Origin: Selaginella moellendorffii | Lineage: Eukaryota; Plantae; Lycopodiophyta | Assembly: GCF_000143415.4 (NCBI RefSeq) | Contig: NW_003314268.1 | Location: forward strand, 2,984,559 to 3,048,558 | DNA: 64,000 nucleotides | Direction of reading: 5' to 3' | Shown: in pieces, positions 13,103-26,180 of the stretch | Position numbering within the stretch: position 1 is the stretch's first letter | Layout of the letters: every line of letters starts with the position of its first letter | Notes under the pieces: generated by a model | Databases searched by the model: none | What the model saw: the letters and a program-made list of their open reading frames with translations, nothing else | What the model was told of the DNA's origin: nothing | Made by a program: the position numbers and the translations under genes

Positions 13103-13850
13103 ACAATAGAAGGATTGTTAGTCAATAGTCAATGAGGATATGAAAGTGTTGGTTCCCTTTGGCTTAGTAAAGGTTATTAGTCAAGTTAATGAGGACATTG
13201 ACATCTTTGAAGTGACTGTAGTGCATATCATCATGGGATAAGATTTAAATATATTACACAATGGAAGGAGTGTTAGTCAATAGTCAATAAGGATATAGAG
13301 GTGTTGATTCCTTTTGGCTCAATAGGGGTTATGAAGACATTGACATCTTTGAAGTGAGTGTAGTGCATATCATCATAGGATAAGATTTAAATATATTATA
13401 TAATGGAAGGATTGTTAGTCAATAGTCAATAAGGATATAGAGGTGTTAGTTCCCTTTAGCTCAATAGGGTTATGAAGATATTGACATTTTTGAAGTGAGT
13501 GTAGTGCATGTTATCATAGAATGAAATTTAAATATACTACACAATAGAAGAATTGTTAGTTAATAGTCAATGAGGATATAGAAGTGTTATTTCCCTTTGG
13601 CTTAGTAGAGGTTATTAATCAACTCAATAAGGACATTGACATCTTTGAAGTGAATGTAGTGTATGTCATCATGGGATGAGATTTAGATATACTACATAAT
13701 GAAAGGATTGTTAGTCAATAGTCAATGAGGATATGGAAGTGTTAGTTCCTTTTGGTTTAATAGAGGTTATTAGTCAAGTCAATAAAGACATTAACATCTT
13801 TGAAGTGAGTGTCATGTATATCATCATGGGATAAGATTTAGATATACTAT
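13103..13850 (+). repeat. Tandem array, 5 copies of a 155-bp unit (two copies shortened to about 140-143 bp)
   Basis: GACATTGACATCTTTGAAGTGA-like core recurs near 13194, 13337, 13477, 13632 and 13787; TTAGTCAATAGTCAAT recurs in each unit. Confidence 0.92.
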
Positions 13851-15481
13851 TACCGTGGAACTTTGGGGGGTGAGTGTAGTGCATGTCATTATAGGATGAG
13901 ATTTAGATATACTATCACCGTGGAATCTTGGGGATAAATAGGGATACAATAGCCATTAAAAGCTTTCTCATCAAGCAATTACCCCTTTTTTAGTTAGCTT
14001 AAGGGGAGAAAGATAGAGTGTATGTCACGAATGTGACTTTGGTATCGAAAATTACTTTTTAGTTAGTTTTTTCGGACATTTTTTCCTTACTACCATAACG
14101 GCAGGAGGTTGGTATTGTTGGATTCTTTATTAATCTCCACCTAAACTAATTGAGAAACTGGTCTTCGCGTGTGCACTTGATCAAATGAGTATAAAGATGG
14201 AATTTCTAAATGCTATTAGTTAAGCATACTTGACCTGATTAGAGAAACTCATTTGTTAGCTTGCACTTGCTAGTGTTGGGAACCCCTGCAATAATGACGA
14301 CAAGTCCGATCGTTTCACAGGAGCCACCGAGGACAAGACACTCTTCACGAAAGACAACTTCAAGGACTTCCTAGCTTGACGTGGATGGACAGGTGTGAGG
14401 CAAGTAGGTGGCTTCCAAGACATGAGCTTGATCTCTCAATATTCACTAAATGATAGCTTACCATGTTTGCCAAACACCCTCACTATCATGCACCTTGTGT
14501 TAGTACCATTCAGTCTAAAATGCTATTTATGGAAAGTATTTAAATTTGCTCATTTGGCATATCAATAAAATGTTGAGATTATCCTAAACACAATGGTGTT
14601 CATTCTGTGTTCAAATTCGCAATCTAAGAATATTTCATATTTAATAAGTTTCAAACTTATCCCAGAGACTAACTCTTGGTACTAAAGGTGGCTTGGGGTG
14701 AAAGCCCAAAGCGTGTGTTCCTCAAGGGGAAGGGGGGGTGGCTATAGGGGGTTCCAAATATATAGTAAGGATAGTGGGTAGAATTGGCATGGTTGACCAA
14801 TTTAAAGTATAGTTTAGCTCTTATTTGCATGCCTATCCTTGTTTTATGTCTTATTTGAGTCTAAGCTCAAGTTTCATTCCATGTTAGTTGGTGGAGTACC
14901 TATATCCTTGTGTTAGGCCACCGATATACTAAAATAATGCCATACTTCATTTGGCTCCATTTTGCGTGTTTGTCTTGGCATTGGGATGCTACATACTTTA
15001 GGATTGTTCCAAATTGCTCCTTGGGCTGTATGCTCAAAAGTTGTTCCATGCTTTAGTGCTATTATTCTTTGGCTCCATGCTTAGGAGTTTGGCATTGTCT
15101 TTTCATTGAATGGCCTAAAGTCTTAAAACTCAGGTTCTACACTATTGTCCTTTGGACACGTAGTATATGACATATGGCATATAAAGGGTTTATGTTCCAC
15201 TTCGTGATTATTTTATAATAAATCACCATAGGATAAAGGGTAAAAACCATATGTGCTACAATACACTATAATTTAACTCTTGCAAACATAATAATATTAA
15301 CAAATTATAGCACAATTTTGACATACTAGTGGCCTAATGCAAGAAAGTGGGTACCCCACCATTGAGAATTTGGCTTAAACCTAAGCTCAAAGAGTGATAT
15401 AGTCTAATGGAAGCCAAATTAATATTTCAAGTGGTTAATAATGCTTTTGGCCACTATTCCCACCATATATTTAGAACCTTT

Positions 15482-15502
15482 CCCCCCCCCCCCCCCCCCC
15501 CC
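15482..15502 (+). repeat. Poly-C(21) tract
   Basis: 21 consecutive C at the edge of an extremely AT-rich segment. Confidence 0.95.
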
Positions 15503-16907
15503 AAAGTCAGAAAAAATTGGAAAAGATTAAGAAAAAAATTAGTGATAAAATATAAATTTATCTTAGTATAATTAGGCTTATTTAAATTACTAAATTAAAT
15601 TATTGTTATATACTGTATAGAGTTTCCTTATTTACTAAAATTTTAAACATGGATTATATTAAGCATATTTTACTTAAATTAAATAAATAAAAATTTTAAA
15701 AAATATTTCAATTTAAAAAAATATGAACAGAAAGTGATATTTAATTATTTTTATAATTTACTATAGAAGTAAAAGAATAAATTTATTATATTGAGTAAAA
15801 AATAATAATAATATGTGTATTTTACAAAATTTAAATATCTTCATGTACTTGTTTTATAGTAATAAATATAACTCAAACATTACAATAAAGATGTAAAAAA
15901 TTGAAATATTTAGTTGATTATATATTGAAAACAGACAAAATAATATAATTATTACATTATAATTAGTAATAGTTAAGTTTAATAATTATTAAATTCTTTT
16001 AAAAAAATCTATTATAATTATAAGAACTTTGTAACATAATTTGATTATACATAAATTAAATATTAAGATAATTTTTAATATTTTAAAGAATTAATTATTA
16101 TTAGAATTAAGATTTTTTGATAAGATAGAGTCCTTCCACTATAATACATTACAGAACAAAAGATTCAAAATGTTTAAATAAATATCTAAATTTATAATAT
16201 GTGAGAGAACCAAGACCTGTACTTATACAAATATTTTCTAGATCAACTAGTCTAATTAGGCTTCTGATATTCTAGATTATCTTGTGCTAATCTTGTTTAT
16301 ATCAATATGGTATATATGAATAGATCTCATACTACTCCTTCCTCAAGTATTGCTGATGAAATGTTATATTCAAAACACAAGGCAATTTAGTATTAAAAGG
16401 GTCTAAAGTCCAACTTTATAGTTGGTTAAAGCAATCGAAATTAATATTTGGTGATTTAATTTTGCTCCTACTTAGCTAAACCTGAGTGGTAGAGTGTAAG
16501 AGAATGAAGATCTCAAAAGAGTTATAGGTTTTAGCTTTTGTTCATAAGGGTATGAGAAATGTAATGAATTATAAATAACCTAAGAGAATAACTTGAAAGA
16601 TAATTAAATATAGAATGTAAAGGTGAATAAACTCCTCAAATTTGTCCTTGAGAAAAATTGTATCCTCAATGTTAGAATCTTATTCTTTACACCCTAAAGG
16701 CCTTTCTTTATCCTATTATCTTGACCTGGTACCTAATAATCCTCCCCTTGTTAGGGAATGATCATCTGCAATCATATTTAGGCCATTCTTTAGTCACCAT
16801 AGTCTTTCTTTTAGGGTCTACCAAACCTTGGTTTCCTCTAGATCTACCATATTAAATATTCCTTTAAAATATTTCTGCCCACTTCTTAGCCACGAGAATC
16901 GAACTAG

Positions 16908-16922
16908 GCTCTGATACCAATG
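16908..16922 (-). mobile_element. LTR-retrotransposon primer-binding site (tRNA-iMet) next to an LTR end
   Basis: Minus strand reads ...CA-T-TGGTATCAGAGCC; a degenerate second copy (TAACA-T-TGGTATTAGAG) lies at about 17071-17087. Confidence 0.8.
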
Positions 16923-19149
16923 ATTTCTGTCTCTAAAGGGACAGATCATATCCCCTCTATTTCTCTATTTCTCTCTCTAGATACCCTATACTATAGTGTT
17001 AGTTCTCCTTCTAGATCCATCATAATGAATATTCTTTCAAAACATTATTTCACTTGTCAATCATAAAAATCTCTAATACCAATGTTAAGATCCTATTACT
17101 TACACTCTATGCCAACTGGCTAAAGAGCTAAAGGGGTGATCACATGCACGCACATGTCCCCTTAACCCTATAAGATTAACATCCTTAATAGGTTGGGTTG
17201 GGTTTACCACTTGGATGGACAATATGATTCTAAACATGTGGCACATATGTCTTAAATGTGTTGAGATTCACATAAAGCATAGAGAAAAAATAGCCTAAAA
17301 CTCATTTTTTAAACCAATTTCACCATCTAAGACCCATATATTAGAATAGCCATTAAAGCTTCTATATGTTTGGCAGCCAATTTTTTTTCATATTGGCTAG
17401 CCAAAGCAAGCAGTCCTCTATGCAATTATCATTAGAAAAAGTTGGAATCTTAAGTCAATTTACCAAAGTAGTCTAATTTACTGCATTACCATCTCAATAT
17501 GCTTATGCATTATATTTATTTCCATTCAAGAGCTTAAAATCAAATTCTTTATTTATATTGACCATATAGTCAAAATTGGTGCCTAATAATTCTTCCCCTC
17601 ACAAGGGAATGATTGTCCACGATTATATATAGACCACCTTTAGTCACTATAGTCCTTTTTTGGGTTGTTTTTATTTATTTCTGCATTGAATCTACTAAAC
17701 TTTTAATCATCCTAGCATGAATAATAGAAAATGGATGAACTCTAGCAATGAACCCTCAATGTTAACATTGTTTTTATTCCTGTTAAAGGGAACCAAAACA
17801 TCCAGTTTTACACTGAATTACAAAAAATATTTCCATTATATAAACTAGTTATTCTATATAAGATTACTAGTCATACATTTGTATTATAATCCAATAGTGG
17901 ATACCTTCATTAATGGATGTTTAATACATACAATTTCAAATTTAAAGGTAAAATTGTCCCACTTTAGATACCCAAAGGTACCACTAATGTACCATCCTAT
18001 TATAGTAAGACCATGTTTCTCTAAAACCAAACTATTTATTACATTAGTATTCACTCTAGCTTTAAGCTCTCTAATATTTATACCATCACCTACCATGTAG
18101 ATATAGCCTTGTTTAGTCATACTAGTTTCTCTAAAGTCCTCCCCTTACTATCCAAAGGCATTTACCAAACCCCTATGGGTCTGGGAAATAATTGGATATA
18201 TCTTGCCTTAAATATGTCAAATCTTAGATATGTTTGATACTTTATGCACTTGGTTTTTATGTATGGAGAGATGGTTTTGACATTGTTACACTTCAAGTCT
18301 ATAGGTTATTGTAAGCCACAAATTTTTCCTTTCCAATTTGCCAGCTTACCTCGTCTATCCGTCCAACACTGCCTTGGCTTTTGCTAAGTCCCCTTGCCAA
18401 GGTTCTCGCCTATGGTACCAGCTCCTACTTGGTTTCAGCTACTCACTGCACGAGCAACGGGGTGTTAGCCATCCTTCCACGGATTCCCAAATCACTCCCA
18501 ATCCCCCTCCCCGGGTTAGACTGGACTTAAGGTTCGGCTACACTCCCCGCAAGCACAAGCAGCCAAGCACACCAAGCTTCCAGGTTCCTAACATCCCATG
18601 ATCAAGTCTTGTGGTACCAATATTTTGATTTTGACACTTCCACGTGTTATGACATTTACCACATATTAATCATTCTTTTGTTTCTTTTTAAAGATTCACT
18701 TATTGATTGTTTTATGTTTATTCCTTAAGTGCTTCTTCAGGAGTTCCACTCCTGCTCTCGAGTTTTCAAGTTAGCATTTTTTATTCAAACGTGTTACACT
18801 CTTTGAACTTCCTTCTCAGCCACTGCTATAAGGCATACCTTTGACTAAACTTTGGAACTTAGGAATTTATGTCTTATATCCCACTTTTGACATTTTGAGT
18901 TGAAGATTTTGGTTACACTTGTTGCACTTTTGTCTTGGCCACTAACATATGGCATACTTTCAGCTCCACTTTAAGACTTAGGGATTTATGTTTTACAACT
19001 CTTCAAATATTAATTCTATGACTTAACATTGACAACTTTTGGTAATCACAAAGGTAAACCCAACTCTGTTGGTAATATTAAATTCATGACTATATAAAAG
19101 TTTATATGGCAAAACACTAATAGAACTTGTATTTTCATAACCTATAAAT

Positions 19150-20900
19150 ATTAAACCAATCCAAATGTTGAAAGCTCACATACTCCATAATCATCCTTTT
19201 GAAATTTTGAATGAGTTATTCCACCAAACCATTTGTTTATAGATGATAAAAAATTATGGATGTATGACGTATCCCCAACCGAGACATGAAGACATAAAAT
19301 GCCCCAACCATAATTTAGGAACAATTATCTAATAGAATATTCTTTAAACAAGAATGCTGAAACACAACTTAATTAAGGAGGAAGTATCTAATAGCAATTA
19401 TAAACACACTAGCAAGAGTATTGACTTCCATCTAACAAGTAAAGTAATCGAAAGTAATAATGATATACTCATTACTGGTAGTTAACTATAGAAAAGACAC
19501 TATTAAAATCAAATACTACTAGCTCAAATAAAGAGGAAATTGTAATTAACTCCAACTATCCTTCCACAATATGAGGGAGAGTATTACAAATTTAATATCA
19601 AATATATCTTACGAATCTCACAAATATGCTTCTCCTATGTCTTATTTGAGAGGATTAAGACATCATTGATGAAGTTGGCAATCATTTTTTTATATATATT
19701 ATAAAAAACCTTATTTATCCACTATTGAAAAGTCATTAAAATATTGTTCAAATTAAATGACATCACCAAGAACTCGTAGAAATTAAATGGTATACAAAAA
19801 ACAATCTTGAAACATCTTTCTTATCTATCAAGGCATGCAAGTACCTAAAAGTAAGATTTAATTTGGTGAATTAATGATTTATCCTTAAATAGAATGAAAA
19901 ATTTAGTCACTTATAGCTGCATAATATAATTGTAAACAACACACCTTTGACCACTTGGAAAAGTCTTCCTCACTACCTCTATAAGTTTTATTCCTAATTT
20001 AAGGACATGCTAGCCCCAATATGTGAAAACATAATGAGCATTAGAAGATAAACTCACACCCATGTTGACCAATATAAAAAGGATAATACAAGACCTTTTG
20101 TTATGAAAAAAATTTAGAAAGTGAATATTAAATAAACTAGTGCCAAATAAACCCTTTGATGGTACTCTCAAAAGAAAGATGGAGGGGTTATTGATTTATT
20201 TGTATAAAAAACTTCTACTACTCACACAACTCCTTGTTCCCTGGAAGAACCTTTGTGTTAAAACCTTTCACCACAATATTATGAATATAATGTTGTTGAT
20301 ACTAAGGCCATATAGGAAATAGAGAATGTCAATTCGGGAAATGCAAATAACACCAATACATATAGCCAACCTCATCATATGTTTAATAGCATATATCAAA
20401 GTTACAACCATGTCTTTGCATTTGTCCTTAAACACAAACAATAGTAATGTTAATTTCTATTAGAACAAAAGTATCTTCCATGGGAAGTGGAGTTCAAACA
20501 TATATAGTTATAAGTGGGAGAAATAATGTCTCCTAGTATCATGCCAATTGAAGAGTATTAATATAGTGGCTAAAACAAGTGCATATAGAAGTTCTATTAA
20601 GATTTTGATGAAATGTTGGCTACAATATTTTCAACTTGATTCACTTCGACAAATTTGATATGAGCTACATAAGAATTAAAGGTTTCAAAAGCAAACACTA
20701 AATTGCATAACTGACATAAAGCCTCTAGCAAACATGATGTAATTACTGAAAGGTATCATCACAGTTGTTAATATGTCTAAATATACATTTGAAAATATTT
20801 GGAAGAAGGCTCCAATGCACATAAGTAGTTGTGCTCAACACTATAATACCATCCCTTAAATATATATGGGAAACTCTTGCAAACACCAAATATCATTTTA
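19150..20900 (+). mobile_element. Highly degenerate Ty3/Gypsy pol (RT-RNaseH) remnant
   Basis: Broken motifs LFIDD (about 19235) and LGKV..YL.KF(I)PN..DMLAPI (about 19950-20020) with many stops and frameshifts. Confidence 0.45.
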
Positions 20901-21425
20901 ATAATGATAAATGGCAATCTCAGTAAAATGATTAAATTAATGGTACATATCATCCCTTAAAACTAAATGTAAGGATTGGCAATTAAAAATAGAAAGATTT
21001 ACACATACTATAAACATCACCATCACTATTGAGCAATTATATTAATTGTTACTCCAAAGTTATAGAAGAAGGAGGTTGTTACAAAGGAGGAGTATTGAAG
21101 ACGAATGAAAATAAAAAAATCGAAAACTTACAAAAATAAATGTTGTGAAAGATAGATTGAAACCAAAAGCATAAATCCAAGCACTTTTTAAAATAATAAA
21201 AACTGGTGAATACATGGAATGCAAAAGAAATATGTATATTCAATTAACTTAAAACCTTAGTTTATTGATTAAAACTAATTCAATACTTATAAATCCCAAC
21301 TATTAATGCAATAAATTATTTTTCTTTTAGAAAATGCAATTATTTAGGGCTCATAGATTTCATGAATATTCCCACTTCAACATGGTGAATGGGATCTTCC
21401 AAAGCTCAGGCCTTGTCGTGAAGCA

Positions 21426-22410
21426 ATGCACTGCTTGTATGTGCTGCCCTGGCTCCCCAGCGCCATCTCGATGTGGTTGGGAGCTTCAATTGGGGGCGCC
21501 TTCACGCTGGTCGGATTCTTTGGCGCCGCCGTCCTTGTCCTCTATTTCGTCATCAAGCTCGTCTGCTGCTTGCGATCCTCCCCCCCGTCCCATGAAACTG
21601 ATAGCGAGAACACATCAGTAAGATTGAGAGCTTACAGTTCTTACTTCTTTCTAAGATGATGAACAAGAGATCCACGAATTTGTAGGTCAGGACATTGAAT
21701 GGATTGGAGCCATGCGTCATCGCATCGCTTCCGATCATCATCCATCAATCTCTGCAGCAAGCACAGCAAACAGGACCGCCCAAGAAGTAAGATTAAATTT
21801 CTCAATTCTTTCCACTCATCCATGATACTGCTCGTGATTCTTCTCTGGATCGATCAAACCAAACAAAAAACCTTCACATCAAAGGTGTCCCATCTGCCTG
21901 GAAGAATTTCATACAGGCAATGCGCTGCGAGTTCTTCCCTGGTGCACGCACAGCTTCCACGTCGAGTGTATCGATCACTGGCTGCGCCAAAACGCGACGT
22001 GCCCGGTGTGCCGGATGAGCTTGCGAGAATCTCCCGACGGCACGAACCACGGGGGCGCCACGCTCGATCCGCTCCATCCCAGCCCCATGCTGCGCTTCTC
22101 CAGCCCCGAAATCCAGTCCGCCAGGAGCTCCCTCAGCTCCTTCCACACCGGCGAGGGCGAGGACATCGTCATCCCGCGCCAGCCAGTGGCAAATCCAGCA
22201 AATCGAGCCATGGACAGATCGAGCGCGGTCGTGAGAGTCCCTAATCCGAGGCGCCAACCAGCATCGAAGGACCGATGGAACCTGAGGTACTGGAGGAAGA
22301 ACTCCGGTGCTGGAGAATCGAGCAATGCGGCAGAGGTAACGATCAATATCAGCATTGATTTGAGGAGCGCTGGGCGCTCGCCGGGATCGGAGGGGCCATC
22401 CACAATCTAG
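21426..22410 (+). CDS. ATL-type RING-H2 E3 ubiquitin ligase with N-terminal transmembrane helix
   Basis: TM segment GGAFTLVGFFGAAVLVLYFVIKLVCC; GLD-like box GLEPCVIASLP; RING-H2 CPICLEEF..LRVLPWCTHSFHVECIDHWL..NATCPVCR. Start could be 21426 or 21471. Confidence 0.88.
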
Positions 22411-22560
22411 CTCTCTCTTAGGTCATAAGAAAAATTTCAAGACGTTTTGAAATTTATGAGAACGAGGGGAAGTAACGATCAATATCAGCATTGATCCGCA
22501 AACTCTCTTTAGGTCATAAGCAAAAATTTCAAGACGTTTTGAAATTTAGGGTTCTTGAGA

Positions 22561-23421
22561 ATGAGGGCTGGATCGCGCGAGGTCGCGGAGAGCTGCCTGG
22601 ATGGAATCACGATGGAGATGGTGGCGACTTACTGCGACAGGCTACATTCTTCCAAGCCGGATCTGGCCGCTCGCCGGATCGAGGCGATCGGCTTCCAGGT
22701 GGGACAGCAGCTCGCGGAGAGGTAAAATTTTCTTACATTGCCGTGGAGCTCAAATGCTTGCGAGGAATGTGGCTTGCATTCCTTGATCTGCTTAGATTGG
22801 TTCCAGTGGATCTGCTTGCTTGCGTGAATTTTCCTTTTGGATTGATCTTGTAAGTTCCAAATGTATAAATCTCAAGAAGGTGGTTTTTTCTTCGATCTTT
22901 TTTCCTCTTTCCAGATACACAAGAGATCGTCCGCGATTCACAGACCACTTGGAAGTCATCAAGTTCATATGCAAGGATTTCTGGGCGGAGGTTTTCAAGA
23001 AGCAGATTGACAATCTCAAAACAAATCATCGGGTACGCAAAAACAAACTTTAGTTTTTCTCGCTCTCTCATCCATCGCTGGTTTTGTTTTCCTCTTTTGT
23101 GTGACAACTCCCAGGGCGTGTTTGTTCTGCAAGACACTCGCTTTAGATGGCTAACTCGCATCTCCGTGGACTCGCCTCTCACTCCCTCGGAAGCCAACAA
23201 CACCACGCTCGCCGCAGCCCAAGCCGGAGGAAAGTATCTCTACTTCCCTTGCGGATTGATCCGTGGAGCTCTCACGAATCTCGGCGTTCCATGCGCAGTT
23301 TCGGCAGAGATCGCTGCCTTGCCTGCTTGTAAGTAGAAGACTCCAGTCTTTCTCTTTCTTGTCTAATCTTTTCACCTCTTCTCTTGAATCAGGCTCCTTC
23401 ATCATCCGGATCAAAGTCTAA
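22561..23421 (+). CDS. TRS33: TRAPP complex subunit TRS33/TRAPPC6, 4 exons
   Basis: [88 protein letters not shown]. Confidence 0.95.
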
Positions 23422-24077
23422 CTAGACAGAGAAGTAAGCATTTCGTGTCGTGTCGTCCATTTTTCTTCCAGAGCGTAAAATTCTCGCAAGATCGAAGAAG
23501 AAGCTACTAGATATATACAACGAATGATCCAGAGAATTCATGCAAGCGCTGTCGTGGCCGTTTTCCAGAGGTACGCGGCCGTGTTTCTAAGCTACGTGGC
23601 AGCCAAACGACAATATGCCAGAATCTTTGGTGGTCCTAGAGAGGTATCATTCAATAGAACATTGACAATACGAGGCAGCCATACGAATATGGGGCTAGGC
23701 GTGATTGGTGCCCTGTGGCGAACTACAGCCTTCACACATAGACCATGGAAAAATCAAATATCGAAGATTGGATACAATGTTATATCCCAAGCCTTGTGGA
23801 ATTTAATCACATTCACAAGGTTTTCCATAAAATATGATACCGTGGCGAGATCTTGTCCGTCGATACGTGACTCTATCCAGCACATAAATATGTTTGAGAC
23901 TGTCCCAGCCCTTCCATGCTTCTCACGCTTCTCGCGCCTTCTCTCAGTCTCTTCTTGGAGCTCCTTGCGGCCGCGATTTGTCACGCTGTGGATTGCGCTG
24001 AGCGATACAGCAGGTATGGAGAGGGATCTTCTTCCTCTTAGGGCGGATTTGACTCTAGATTTTGCTGTCCCCAGGGC

Positions 24078-25468
24078 ATGGAATCTCTCAATCTTCCTGG
24101 GATTTCGTTGCGCGTGATTCCAAAGCCCAAAATCAAGAATGCCGGCTCGATCGAGCCGCTGCTGTCCGGGAATTTCACATCCTCGAGCTACTGCTCATCC
24201 GCGGTTCGTAAATCGGCGTCGCTACGTCACGGAAAGACAAAATTACCCACACGGGCAACTATGGTGGAACCCGGGACTGTAGAAACCAGTCCTTCGGAAA
24301 CCAGTCTTCCACTTACACTACAAGAAGTGGAAGTTCTTCCGGAAACCCGTCCCCAGCCAGTGAATTCTGGAAGCTCCTACTCGCTCGAATTTTCGTCTGG
24401 GTCTCAACAGGACGTCCAAGTTTTGGTTGCTTCTCCTTCTTCCGCTGTGACTGACAAAGATCGTCAAGTGGACAGATTTTTAAATGCGAGCTTGATAGCA
24501 GCAGCCGCGGCTTATGCTCTTGGAAAAATCGTGACGGTGGATCAAGACTACTGGCAAGTAAGTTTTTGTGTACTATAGCTTTGTCAACTCGTATCTCAAA
24601 CGTTTCTTTTCCTCCAGGGATGGACATTCTATGAGATCATCAAGTACGCGCCAGTTCACAACTGGAGTGCGTACGAGGAGGCTCTCAAGAGCCACCCCGT
24701 TCTTGCGAAGATGATGATCAGTGGCATCGTTTACTCGATCGGTGACTGGATGGCTCAGGTACTTCAAAACTTCGATGCTTTTTAATTTTCCTTGTGTTAA
24801 ACATCTCTATACCTTTCAGTGCTACGAAGGGAAACCTGTGCTAGATTTCAGTCGAACGCGAATGTTAAGATCCGGACTTGTGGGATTTTGCTTGCATGGA
24901 TCACTTTCGCATTACTATTACCATGTTTGTGAGGTCCGTTTTCTTCCGTGTTGATCGAGTTTCAGTCAAAAGCTTACGTAGATTGCAAATTGCAGGCCCT
25001 CTTTCCGTTCAAGGAGTGGTGGGTTGTACCCCTCAAGGTCGGGTTTGATCAAACAATTTGGTCAGCGTTTTGGAACAGCGTGTATTTCATCACACTCGGC
25101 CTCTTGCGTTTAGAGAACCCAGTGACAATTGTGTCTGAGCTTAGATCGACGTTCTTTCCACTCCTCACGGTATAGTTCCTCTTCCTCAATCCACAAAAGA
25201 ATGTAGTTCTCATGAATCGTCACCTTACAGGCCGGCTGGAAACTTTGGCCATTTGCGCACCTGGTAACTTATGGTCTCATCCCAGTGGAGCAGAGACTGC
25301 TTTGGGTGGATTGCGTGGAGCTAGTCTGGGTGACCATTCTATCTATGTGAGTGCGGGAAGCTCTTTTTGCTCGTTTTTGCTCACATCTAATCGCGTTGTT
25401 TTCTCGTAACCAGGTACTCGAATGAGAAGGCTGAAGCACGGAGCTCTGAAGATGCTGAGAAGAGCTAA
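24078..25468 (+). CDS. Mpv17/PMP22-family membrane protein with a transit-peptide-like N-terminus
   Basis: NWSAYEEALKSHPVLAKMMISGIVYSIGDWMAQ/CYEGKP..RSGLVGFCLHGSLSHYYY..KVGFDQTIWSAFWNS..AGWKLWPFAHLVTYGLIPVEQRLLWVDCVE. Confidence 0.93.
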
Positions 25469-25495
25469 AAACCAAAGTTTTGGTAGGCCATTTAT

Positions 25496-25682
25496 AAAGT
25501 AAATATCACAAACTTGAGGATTAGCTTCACTTCTCTTTGAAGCAAAGATCTCACTCATCACAATGCGCGGTGGTTTGCAGAAAGCTCTTACAAAGTAAAT
25601 AGCACAAACTTGAGGATTAGCTTCACTTCTCTTTGAAGCAAAGATCTCCTCATCACAATGCGCGGTGGTTTTCAGAAAGCTC
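25496..25682 (+). repeat. Near-perfect tandem duplication, 2 copies of about 96 bp
   Basis: AAAGTAAATA.CACAAACTTGAGGATTAGCTTCAC...CAGAAAGCTCT starts at 25496 and again at 25592. Confidence 0.95.
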
Positions 25683-25889
25683 TAGGTAGCCCTATAGCTC
25701 CTGGCAAGCGGGGATTCGAGGTTGATTGATCTCACGGAAGAAAACCTTGGAAATTGGATGATCCGTGGCTGCAAGCAAAGATCGAGCTTCCCCGGCAGAG
25801 GCAACAATTTTTTCGGAAACTGGAAAAAAAAAAGAGAACTTGGAAATCGTCCTCGTGAGGTGGTAAAACAAAATCTCACTCCAAATGCC

Positions 25890-26180
25890 ATGCCCATGCA
25901 TGCGCGTGCACGAGGCTTCTTATGGAATGGGGCCCCATGATGGGGCAACCATGCGATGCCCCTTCTGGCCAGGCACCATGACGTGGCAGTGACACGTGGG
26001 CGCGGCGTGGCACCCCACCTGCCGGAAGAGCGACGTGTCGCACACATTCCGTCATATTCCGGCCACAATTTATGATTGCGCGTGCACGGCGGACACCTGG
26101 CCAAAAGCGATGCCCGCCAGGCGGCGGCGAATATTCCCCTGGGGTCTTGTCTAGCGTGTACATTCAAGTGAGCACGTGAG
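25890..26180. promoter_or_regulatory. Cluster of ABRE/G-box and RY elements
   Basis: CATGCATG 25895-25902, GACGTGGC 25980-25987, CACGTG 25993-25998, GACGTGTC 26032-26039, CACGTG 26173-26178. Confidence 0.55.

Larger units (their letters stand above)
12000..21300. mobile_element. Block of nested, decayed LTR-retrotransposon and other repeat DNA
   Basis: AT-rich with no long ORFs; PBS motifs, polypurine tracts followed by TG, internally duplicated segments (16742-16805 vs 17593-17655) and degenerate pol motifs. Confidence 0.7.

Noticed and set aside
13103-13850. CRISPR-like array
   Set aside because: Whole units repeat with no unique spacers, there are no cas genes, and the context is eukaryotic
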